Assembly (NCBI RefSeq): GCF_000143415.4
Contig: NW_003314373.1
Span: 62,001-126,000, forward strand
Direction of reading: 5' to 3'
DNA: 64,000 nt
Source of the DNA: Selaginella moellendorffii
Taxonomy: Eukaryota > Plantae > Lycopodiophyta
The first letter of the stretch is position 1, and each line of letters starts with the position of its first letter. Positions 53,127-63,845 of the stretch are shown in pieces. The notes below the pieces were generated by a model, which saw only the letters and a list, made by a program, of their open reading frames with translations, was not told where the DNA came from and did not search any database. Position numbers and translations under genes: made by a program.

Positions 53127-55723
53127 TTAAACCCAAGCACTAAAGGGTCGGGACTCGAACCCAACCTCCGTATATGCATCTACGGATGGCATCACACCGA
53201 ATGCCTGGCGTGACTCCCCACGCCGGTGCACCAACTTATTTTTAAAGCGCGCTACAGATCACAGCTTAGGTACCTAGTTCCTCCACACTGCCAAGTCCTC
53301 TCACTTGACAAGTCTGTGATTATGCATGGACTTCTCCATGCTTGGCCCCATGGCCCACCCTTTTTGAAGTTATCACCTTCAACTAGGGTATTTGTTCCCC
53401 CGACTTGCCAATCTCGCTTGGCAAGTCCTTCGACCATTGTAACATGGTTCCTGCATAAGCGTGAAAGTCCTTGACCATCGACTTTCGTTCAAAGCCCTCT
53501 CTTTGAACACTCGGGAACTACTTCCCTAACCTTGATAGCCTTGCCTCATGGCAAGCTTCAAGACCACGCTTCTGCTGCACCACTCTGATTTTGCACGTTC
53601 CATGAACCATTTACACTTGGCCTTTCTAGGTATTAAGCTACCTAGAATCGTCTTTAGGAACCTTGAAGGAATTCTGTCCCTTAGCTTGCTAAAGCCTCCC
53701 TTTTCGCAAGCTTTATAGTTGCCATATAGTCTAACATGGACAATTCCATATTTTAGACTCCCCATGGCATCATGGTTGCTAGCAACAACATCCTTGAGCA
53801 CCCTTTTGATTCTCCACTCTCAGCTTGCATAACCACCGTTAGATATACCTTTCGATTTCTATGGTTTAGTTCCATCCCAATACTACTTGCCTTTTGGCCC
53901 CCTATATTTCCTTTGGTTATTCTCCTCCAGACTAGGAGGATAGCTTTGCACATTTTACTATGCATTAGCAAGTATTCTTAGGGATGAACCTACTCGATAG
54001 CCTAGAGAGTGGTTCCTCAATCTTGAGCATGCTCACCTTATAATCCCACACATCGGAATTAATGTTGTTACTTATGGGCCTTTATATGCCCATCACTAGC
54101 CTTGCCAAAATTCCATTTTTGGCTTTGTCCAATTCGGGTAGACAGTCTTCTCCTGTCTCCACAACCTTGGACATTTGGATAGCACCTACTATCTATCATT
54201 CGTTAGGGACTTAGTCCCTTGGGCCTTATCTATTGCCCTTGCAACACGAAACACCACCTCCTAGTGTTCTAGAGTGTTTGGGTGTCCCAATGATGGCCTC
54301 ATGACAATAAGCATTCTTTTTTACGACATTGACTTACTATCTCGCAACATAAGCAATTTATCCTTCGTAAAGGTATATCTAACTTCCTTATAACTACCTT
54401 CTACCCATTTAATCAATTATCTTGCACCTCTTGCTTAGTTGTCCCATAGTTGTCAAGTCCTACAACTCATTGCTTGGTGCTTCCACACCTCTATCATTAT
54501 CTAGGTCACCACACTCCAACCGCATGCCTTCCAGCTTAGGCCATACCATTCCTGCTTCTGTTGGGATTCCCTTGGCAAAGGGTTTTTATGAACCCACCAT
54601 CATAACCTCAAGGTATTACACCTTGGCACATTTGGTGTCTCCACACCATTGGCCCCACGAGCCTACCTTTATGACACTACTTATTAGTGTTTAGGTCTTT
54701 GCCAAGACCAATATAGTTATTCCTCATGCTAACTATCCGTTAACATTGCACCATAATGTTTGCACCCAACTTTGGCCTAAAGTTGCTTTCTTCCGGGAAC
54801 ATCTTTCCCACAACTTTAGTATGGCACATTTTGCCATCAATGAGGTACCTACTACTCTCATACTTGGATCTTATGATCCTTCCCATACCTCATGGGGCAC
54901 CATACACCTCAGTCCAAATGCTCCAACCAATCCCTTAGGACCATTCCCTGACTCTGCTTGAGTCATCCAACATTTTGGACTTTGCTAATCCAACAACCTA
55001 CGAGGTCTCAGTTTTAGAGGTGCCCACTCACTGGAATACAATTTCTTGTATTCATGTCCTACTCACAAGAACAATCTTTGCAAGTGTTATTCTGACACTT
55101 GATGATTTTCTTGGGGCTAACCTTTGCCCCTTAAGACTACTTGTCCATGTGATGAGAATAGCAACTCATCTTTAAGTACACCCCCAACTGCTTGGGTTGT
55201 TCCAGCATTTATTAGAGGTAGCCCCGGCTACCATTTCAAGGACTGGTGTCCTCTTTTGTATTTGACCTCCCATGGTCAACAATTCCGGTCTCAAATTTAT
55301 GAGTACCAGCCTCAACCATATAAAGGTAATCTTGTGACTCCTTTATTGTTTTGGAGTCTGCATCTTTCCCGTGGTCCCAACTATCGTTGTTTACCACAAC
55401 TACATTAGCTCGTTTGCTGCGTCAAACGCTTATCTGGATCACATCCTCAGCTCTCTAAGGAAACCCTTATACTGTTCCCAAGATCCCAAAGTCGTTCCAT
55501 TATTAGCCCTTTTCTATCCACCACCTCATCTACAAGTTCACACATGAACTGTAATGGAGAGCCATGTCTTCCCGACTTGCTACTCCTCAAGGATAGGCCC
55601 ACTCCTCGGACCTTTCGATGCAAAGTTTAGCATCAATTCCTATACTTGAGCATTCCTATACCCAGCATTCCTATACTTGAACACCAATAAAAGTCGGACT
55701 AAGGAACAGCTTCGATACCAAGT

Positions 55724-57486
55724 TGTAAGTGACTAAATTTTCCATTTTGCTTTAGTCACTTAACCGCACCTCTAACCACTTGGAGGAGTCTCACTCACAA
55801 CCTCCGTAAGTCCTATTTTGGACTTGGGCTTACTAGCCCCGAGAATGGTATCCCCACCACTCAACTTCATGCACTTGGTCCAAGTGCTCCACGTGTCCGA
55901 TCCCATGACCGACATCCCAAGGTACCACCGACATATCAGCCCATTACGTTAAGGCCATGCCCCTTTACCTTGGTCACACCAGTGGTCTAACACCACCTGC
56001 ATCACAGTCCCATCTCTCAAGGACTGGGCCATCCGTCCATGAGTGATCATTCCAGATCCACTCCGCATCCTTAGAATGCCCACAGACATGGGGAATAGCC
56101 TTCCCCAATATCCCTTTTCCGGTCTTCACCAAATCCCTTTCTGCCCATGGCCGTATTTGCCAACACTACCACTAGATCGAGGCCCACAGGCCCGACCACT
56201 AAATCCCACGGTCCTCTGGGACTTCCTCACCACTTGACTGTATCCTTGGTCACTACACCAGAGGACTACTCCTCTTCCTTTCCACATTCTGGGCCTTTGG
56301 GACAACATTTCGGAACACCGTGGCCCTACACGAGCCCCGTGGGTACTCTCCCCACCTTCCGCCTTTAGGTGCTCTAGCCATGGGCTTAGAGCGAGGTTCC
56401 GTTGAGCCACACTAGGTATCCAAGTAGGTAGTGCCACCCACACTTGGACTGGGAGCATCAGCCAGTCGATCTCTCGGGGGAACTAGAGCCGGCTCTTGAA
56501 CACTTCACCAAGCTACCCTGCTTGTCGGTCCGTATTTACTCTAGTCTTGGACTTCCCAGTAGTCAGTTCATCACCCAACACTGGGTCTGGCTTTCCTGGG
56601 CCAAACTGGCCTTTTCTGGCCAAACTAGCTCCACTGCAGTCCTCCCCCTTACTATACTTTTGGAGCTCACCAAACCCCCCAGGGTCTGGGAGACGAACGC
56701 TTTGGGCTTTCACCCTCTGAGACTCAAACTTGGACTCGGACTCGGACTCGGCCTCGGCCTCGGTCTGGGTCCCGATCTCGGTCTCGGTCTTGGTCCTGGT
56801 CTCGGTCTCAGTCTCGGTCTCGGTCCCGGTCTCGGTCTTGACCTCGGACTCCATCTTGGGTCCTTCTCGGACTCCATCTCGGATTCCATCTCGGGTCCAT
56901 CTCGGACTCCATCTCAGTCCATCTTGGACTCCATCTCGGACTCCGTCTCGGTCCACCTCGGACTCCGTCTCGGTCCACCTCGGACTCCGTCTCGGTCCAT
57001 CTCGGACTCCGTCTTGGTCCACCTCGGACTCCACCTCGGACTCCATCTCGGACTCCATATCGGACTCCGTCCTGGTCCACCTCGGACTCCATTTTGGACT
57101 CCATCTCGGTCCATCTCGGACTCCATCTCGGACTCCATCTCAGACTCCATCTCGGTCCACCTTGGACTCCACCTCAGATTCCATCTCGGACTCTATCTCG
57201 GACTCCATATCGGACTTCGTCTCGGTCCATCTCGAACTCTGTCTCGGAGTCCATCTCGGACACTTCCACGTGTCATGTGTTGGTCCTTTTTGGGTCCCTT
57301 TTTGGAGCCTTGCTTATTGGTTTCCTTGTGCTCGCTCCTCGAGCACTTTGTTGGGAGTTCCACTCCCGCTCTCGACCTTCCAAGTCGGAGCTTTTAGTCC
57401 AAACGTGTTACACTCGTTTGGTTTTCGCTTCGGCCACTACCACATGGCACCCTTCCGGCTCCACTTTGGGGCCTAGGGATTTCACG
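55724..57486 (-). repeat. 5' LTR of the outer element, lacking its last ~7 nt
   Basis: Matches 49076-50884, then diverges before the TCTCACA terminus. It carries its own version of the GACTCG/CTCGGACTCCAT array (~56730-57260). Confidence 0.88.
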
Positions 57487-58555
57487 GAATAATCTCCACA
57501 CCCTATTTAAATTAATCCATAATGTTAATTCATTTAAAAAAGGTTTGCTTAAAATTTGTCAAGAGTAATAAGCCACTCTTCTTAATTCCACAGTTGTAAG
57601 GGCAAGGTTGGTTGTAAGTCAGAGGGTAAAACCACTGTGAAGCAGACAAACTACTCTGGAATTGACTATCACATGCTAAAGACCTTGCACTAAATTAATT
57701 TTAACCACATTAAGCACGAACAAAAAGGAAAAGTCCTCTTGCACACCTAGGTGGAGAGATTAAAGATTTATAACCCTTTACAGTCATGATAAAAGTTAAT
57801 TAGGGGAATTGAGGGGTAGACAAAATAAGAATGTTTACTAGCGATCCACTACACCTACTAAAAGATACATTTTGTTTATAGACCTAAAAAAAAGTTAATT
57901 GATTCCCACTCTATGTGACCAAATAATGTTATAACAAAGCAAAACTAAACTATCTTGTGTGCTTAATTAGGCCAACAAATGATAAATTTAATGAAATTGT
58001 TTAAACAATTTGACGAATTATCAAGCAAAATACTTAACAATATTCTACTCGAGATATACAGAAGTTTGACTCTTGGTACTTTTACTATTATCAAAGAAGG
58101 TGTAATAATACAGAAGCTCTATTTCGTTAAAGTGGGAATTGTCATTATCCCACTTGTAAAATAAGGTTTCCAAACCTTTATATAGTATATAAATATAACA
58201 AAATTCAACTGCATTGAGGCACATGCCATTTTATTTTAAACAAGGAAATGTCTACTCAATCACTTCTCCTCCCCCTGCCACTGCTTCACCTCTCTCTTCT
58301 CCTTGTCATCGTCGTCCAATTTCTTTCCATCCTTTTAATATTGGCTCAGTTGCTCCGAGTCTAGGTGGAGCCCAAGTCCCCATTCAATCTTTACTTTCCC
58401 CTTATTAATAAAACAACTTCGTAGACTTCCAATAACATGCTATAACACTTCTAGTATAATGCAAATCCTCTCAAAGAATTGTCTTTTAATATTAATACAA
58501 TGGCATGGAACCCCATGCCATAATAAGTTACATTTTTAAATAAATACATGCCATC

Positions 58556-59440
58556 TCAGACTGTTATTTTTTGCCTCCAACGCCTATACAATAATCTTGG
58601 AATTTCATCACTCTCCACACTATCAGGATTTAAACCCAATAGTAATGCCATCTCTTCTCTAATACGTCCACGCTCATGTTCAGTGGTCGAAGAACCCATC
58701 CGGTTGAGCAAATTATGGAGATGCGGATAGTGCTTGGCTAGACAATATACATGCCATAAATGATAACTGGTGTCTGTCCGATCAAATGGCTTCTGATATA
58801 CCGTTCCATCTGCCATTTGGTTGATTTCTGCAGCCACCTCCTGGACTGGCCAATTCTCTATCACCATCGCTCCAAGCCGTTTTGCAAGGTCCCCCAGAAC
58901 ATACGATTTCTTCTCCCTAGTTTCCATACTGCAAGAGATGGGGTGCACTGCATATGTGTGTGTGTTCGCTGCAGTTTTAATCGGTGAGTCATCAATGATG
59001 AGGATTTCACTTGACCTAGCAGTCCGGTTCATCACTACAGCCTCTGGCTTGACGAAGATGGGCTTGCTACCCCTCACATGGACCATAGTCAAGCAATCCT
59101 CCTGCGTTAGGAGAAAGTCAAATGGTAATATTACTCGCGTCTGATCGTGCATCATCTGTAGCAACGTTAATGCATTGTGGCACATCATGGATGTCCAAAC
59201 TCCCAATTGCAAATTGAACCCGGCCCTCTGTTTTAAGTGTCGCATGGTCATTATTAGATCCCGCAGTTTCTCCCGTGTGATTAATGTGAATCTGTCTCTT
59301 TTGACCAACTTGCGACCGCAGGCTTTGGAGGGTGCAGTGACATTCGAGGACGAGCTACGCTCATGGGAGAAAAGGACACTGTTCAGATAAAAAACGATAT
59401 AGTACTTTCGCCGTGACTCTGAAATGAAATGCGTCAGCAT
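58556..59440 (-). CDS. FCP1/NIF-like (HAD-fold) domain coding segment with a degenerate catalytic motif; possibly a 3' exon of the larger locus
   Basis: IVFYLNSVL (position of LDLNGVL), LGVWTS, LLTQEDC, KPIFVK, ILIIDDSPIK...N...AVHP. Confidence 0.6.
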   Translation of the reverse strand: MLTHFISESRRKYYIVFYLNSVLFSHERSSSSNVTAPSKACGRKLVKRDRFTLITREKLRDLIMTMRHLKQRAGFNLQLGVWTSMMCHNALTLLQMMHDQTRVILPFDFLLTQEDCLTMVHVRGSKPIFVKPEAVVMNRTARSSEILIIDDSPIKTAANTHTYAVHPISCSMETREKKSYVLGDLAKRLGAMVIENWPVQEVAAEINQMADGTVYQKPFDRTDTSYHLWHVYCLAKHYPHLHNLLNRMGSSTTEHERGRIREEMALLLGLNPDSVESDEIPRLLYRRWRQKITV

Positions 59441-60650
59441 AAAAAATGGTACAAGTCAATTTTACCATCTACAATATTAGCGAATGGTGCTCCCGATAGT
59501 TGTTCAGAGGGTTTTGGTCGAGGAAACGTGAAGGGCGGAAATACTCTCCTCTGCAATGTGGGGTCAATCGCATCCGATGGCGTGTGGGCACATGCCATTT
59601 CAGCTGTAAACTCTGGTACAACTGGCTCAATAGTGGCATGGGGTGGTTCCGATGGCGTGTGATCACACGCCATTTCAGCTGGTGCCTCCGTTGGCAAAGT
59701 GGACATGACCGAACAGGCAGCAGGGGCGGTGTAGGGAGGTTCCAACGGCACATAGTCAGACGATTGGGCACATGTTGAGTCCGTTGGAAATGAGGATACG
59801 ACCGGCTCGGCGGCTGGGGCGGCCTCATGCAGGTCCAATGGCACCTGGTCACCGTCAGTTGGATACGTGGACAAGATTGACTCAGTGGTATGGGCAGCAT
59901 CAAGTGGAGCGTGGTCAGCTTGCTTGGCGTTGATATGGATAGTAGCCTCCACCAGCTCTGATGACTCTTGCAAGCAAGTAGAGTCCACTGGCGGATCCAT
60001 ATGCATGTCCAAATATCTCCCTTCAATTGAGATGGTATCCTCCCTACTGGCTACTAAAAACAAACTCATTAGCACATTGAATCGACTATACTGTATTTAC
60101 CATCAACTGCTATTGAGGAACTAGGACCGATATCACTTGGGCGCACTGCTGATTCTGAAGGATTGGACATATGTTTCGACCCTTGCTTGGCACTATCCTT
60201 CCTTGACACTAAAGGCTAGAGTTTGTATCTTAATTCAACTGAATAATCTCTACTTACCATTTGCTCTGCGACCTATATGGACAATGTTAGAAATGGTAAA
60301 AGGTTAGGAATGGATGTACTATTATTTACCTGATGGTTTGTCTTGTATGACCTTCCTCCGCTGCTCTTTGGCCACCTCAAGCTGGCCATCGTCGTCATCA
60401 TCGTCGTCGTCGTTATTGTGATCATCACCATTGTGAGGACCATCCAAGTCCTCTTCGTCCTCCTCTTCTTTGTCCTCCTCTTCGTCCTTCTGCTCTTCCT
60501 ACTCATTATCTTTCTCTGGCTCTTCATCCCCCTCCTGCATTTCTTCTATAGGCTGCTCAGGCTGGATGGCTTGTTCTTCCAGGACCATCTTGGGAAAATC
60601 ATCTGTCCGAGTCTCCATCTCAAAATACAAGACATCCATAGCCTATTTTA
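59434..60650 (-). other. Low-complexity coding-like segments: Pro/Ala/Thr-rich repeats with a 75-bp tandem unit, and an acidic D/E tract with an in-frame stop
   Basis: AEMACDHTPSE/AEMACAHTPSD repeat (59572-59680) and GAG/GAC/GAT-rich codons on the minus strand at ~60380-60560. Confidence 0.5.
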
Positions 60651-63600
60651 GTGCGTGACTTAGGACCGTATCCTCACCCGACTGTCTTAACATGGTTTCT
60701 GCACGTTCTTGCACCCTTCGAAGACGACGAGATGAGAAAAACGTGGCCCTGACTTGAAAAGCATCCCTCATCCATTGTACCTCTCCATTGAGATTGGGGA
60801 AGGGGAGTCCGCCATAGGAATCTGAGTCAGGAGGTGGTGACCGCGAGGCATTACCTATCATCTTTTCGTTGCCCTTCTTCCTTTTCGAATCAAATGCCTC
60901 TAATCCCGACGACTGTCCAACATGCTTTCGCTTTTTATGACCACTGTCAGTTTGAGCTTGGCTGGTGCTTGCCTGTTTTGCCTTTGAAGAAGTGTCTCCT
61001 GCAAGGAATGGCATGAGACCACACGCCATTGCAAATATAATTTGTACCTCCTTTTTTCCTATTGCTTGTCTGTTTGTCCTTCTTCGACGCGCCACCAGTG
61101 TGCTTTTCAGTCCTTGTGTCTGAATATTCACAACGATCTATAATCAAAATGGTGTGAGGCCTCACGTGACCTTACCTTGTGCAGGTTGTGAGCTTGGCCC
61201 AACAGTAGCTGTTAACGCCGTTTCAGCATCTGGGGGTGGCCACGCTTATGCATACAGAGCTTGTGAGATAACATTTAAACTTAAAGTGCGTACTCACAAG
61301 GTTCGCAGAGAAGATACTGTTTTTCTTTGGCAACTGTAATTATATGCTTCATTGAAGTCACCTCTTCAATGGAGTTTGTCACCGCAACACACGGGACACC
61401 CTTGAGTAGTGCGGCTCGAAAGAATAATCCGCCGTAGTTGTACTCGACAACGCATTTGCCCTTGGAGTCGGAAGCAGGTGCTATTGCGTTGAAGACCCAG
61501 CTGAGCATTTCCCATGCTGCACCTGGAGCTTTCTCTAGATTCGAAAGCTCCATAGCCGTCTTCAGTTCCTCAGGCACGGGTAAATTGACCTCCCTCAGAT
61601 CAATTCAATCGGCCTTGTCGAACGAAGCTGGGAAGTCACTCCAGTCCCACTCTGCTGTAGGACCAATAACAAGGGCGAGTGTGAAGATGCGGACATTCGT
61701 CGGTATCTTCTTCTTAGCCATTATCCCATGGATCTCCTGCATCTCCTTGCCTTTCAACCGACCCTTCACCTCGTTCAAGGCCTTCCAGAACTTGTGATAG
61801 GATTCGGAGTCGTAGATCATATAGTGCACTGAAGATTCCACCTCCGCAAGTCCCACCATTAAGTCAATGATGGAGCTGACTTCGTCTGCATGAGTGATCT
61901 CCTCGTTTGTGAAGTTCATCACACAAAAGATGTTCTTGACCTGCTCATCTCCGCGGGAAACGATGCTCCTCCACCTTTGATCCTCATCCGAATTCACGTA
62001 TACCCGGTAAGGTTCTCGATAGGCCTCTGCTGCGGGGTCGAGCTGTTTCTGAAGCCGGCGGTCGACATCCCTCTTAATGAAATTTGGATACTGATTCAAC
62101 TTCTCAGCTTTACTTTTCGTGGCATCCCACAGCAGATCGATGAACTTGGGGGCCCCCTTCACGTAGTCGTCGATGTCTTCATTTGACGACTCCAGCTCTT
62201 CCATCATCTCTTGCGTGGTGTCGATGCTCACCCTCTCCACGGCCACTTGCTCAAAGATCCAATCCTTCAATAGCGCACGAGCTCTCAGAGTCGTGCACAA
62301 GTCCTCGTATGTCACAATATGGCTAGGAGTCATTTTGGTCTTGTTGAAGACTACCTCACCACGTAGAAGAACATTAGCCACTGTCAGAAGGTCATCGTCG
62401 TCTAAAGACCGCGAGAAATGCAAGGCGTTGAGCTTCAAATCATTGGGCTTCCGGCCGTCCTCCACACCCATTGAGTTTAGCAACTCCCCGTCATGGTACC
62501 TCCTCAGCACATCTACCCATTTTTCAAAAACAACTTTTGTCGCGAGTAAAATGTTATGGATGCTGAATGTGTCATTGACCCCCAGTGTTTTCGAGAGAAG
62601 ACTCGAGAATTCCTGCAATGGAAATGGCGTGAGGCCACATGCTATGCCACATGCAACGAGGCTTACCTGCCAGGCGCTAGTTGCTAGTGCACGTCCTTGT
62701 CCTGGTTTTTGTGGCTTCTTCAGTTGAACCCAGAGCTTCCGTGTTCATGCCAATGTCTCGTGCAGACCCGATTTGTAGCACGTTTCTTGCTTGACATTCT
62801 GTGCGTGGGAGATGGATATGATAGATCGGAGGGGCGAGTTGCCTTTTATCAGGCGGACAACTCTTATCTTGAAGACTTTCTTCACCTCCTCGCCCACCAT
62901 AATATCCACAACTATCTCTTGCATCGCCAAGCTAGAATGCTGCCTGGAGACGGCATAGAACCGGATGTTCTGATCGTCCAACACCTTCCTATTGATCAAG
63001 TCTGGAAACCTCGTCTCGCCCTTCATTGTTCGGTAGTAGGGGATCACGTCTGCGATGTCGGGTGTTACTGGACTTGCCAGCATCTTCTGCTTCAGTTTCT
63101 CCACCCACTCATCAGATACTAGCCTGTGGTTGTATTTGCTTTGGATGTCGATACGGCTCACGTCGATTGTATATACTTTGTTGGAATAGTAACAAGTACT
63201 ATTATCTGCGACGATTTTTGCTGCCTCTTCTTGCTCTTTCTGCTCTTTGCGGCTCTTCTTTTTGGTGGGTGTAGTGTTTGAACCCGAGGCAATGGCATCA
63301 CCAAGTAGCTTCTTTTTTGGAGCAAGAGAGTCGGACGTCGGCTTGAGCTTGACCACCCTTTTCTGCTTCGGGGTAGTTTCCAGATCGACCCCCTTCCCCT
63401 TCGCTTCGCGAACTGGAGGCACTCTCAACGGCTCAATGTTGGAATATAGTTTTTGAACATCGCCGTAGGTGAGGTCCGTGGATTCCATGTGATCTTCATA
63501 GACCCGCAGCGTCTTTGAAATTGTGGGCCTCCTGGACAACCTCTCCCTAGCTCCCTCTAGGAATTCCTCATAGCCGCTGCCCCCCTCTAGAAAGCCGCTA

Positions 63601-63845
63601 GGATGTGCAAGGTGGATCTTGAAGGCGGACGCTGTCTATACCACAAGTGCCAGTCCATATTCTTGCATGGAACTGCATGGAGTGTCTGTCACTTGGATGA
63701 GGATCCCCATGCATTCTTTTCTCCCACCATCTGTGTTGTACAGCCTCAGATCCTCGCCTTCCATCTCGAAAGTCCAACTGGTGAGCTCCTCCCCCTTCTT
63801 TGCATCCACATTGACAGTGGCTGGAAGAAGAACGCAATTCCTCGC
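60643..63845 (-). pseudogene. Multi-exon gene with a ParB/Srx-like region and a degenerate DNA amino-methylase-like C-terminal region; at least three in-frame stops; continues beyond the window
   Basis: ORFs 63636-63866, 62745-63539, 61605-62618 and 61281-61577 join in frame across single stops and one intron (62613-62666). Motifs are HRLVSDEWVEKLKQKM...FYAVSRQHSSLA and EKAP...WVFNAIAP...GKCVVEYNYGG.FFRAAL..G..CVAV. Confidence 0.6.

Larger units (their letters stand above)
49076..57486 (-). mobile_element. Decayed LTR retrotransposon (~8.4 kb, no intact gag-pol ORF), minus orientation
   Basis: Two ~1.8-kb direct repeats start TGTAAGTGACTAAATTT (49076 and 55724). A tRNA-iMet-type PBS (TGGTATCGAAGC on minus) lies at 55709-55720 and a PPT-like tract just after 50891. 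The internal region is stop-rich. Confidence 0.88.

Noticed and set aside
50950-55700. gag/pol annotation of the outer LTR element's interior
   Set aside because: There are only faint gag-like traces near 51.4-52.0 kb. No RT, RNase H or integrase motif could be read, so the superfamily is not assigned.
60273-60651. Hydrophobic 102-aa plus-strand ORF and basic 84-aa minus-strand ORF
   Set aside because: They are shadow frames of the acidic D/E-coding tract on the minus strand.
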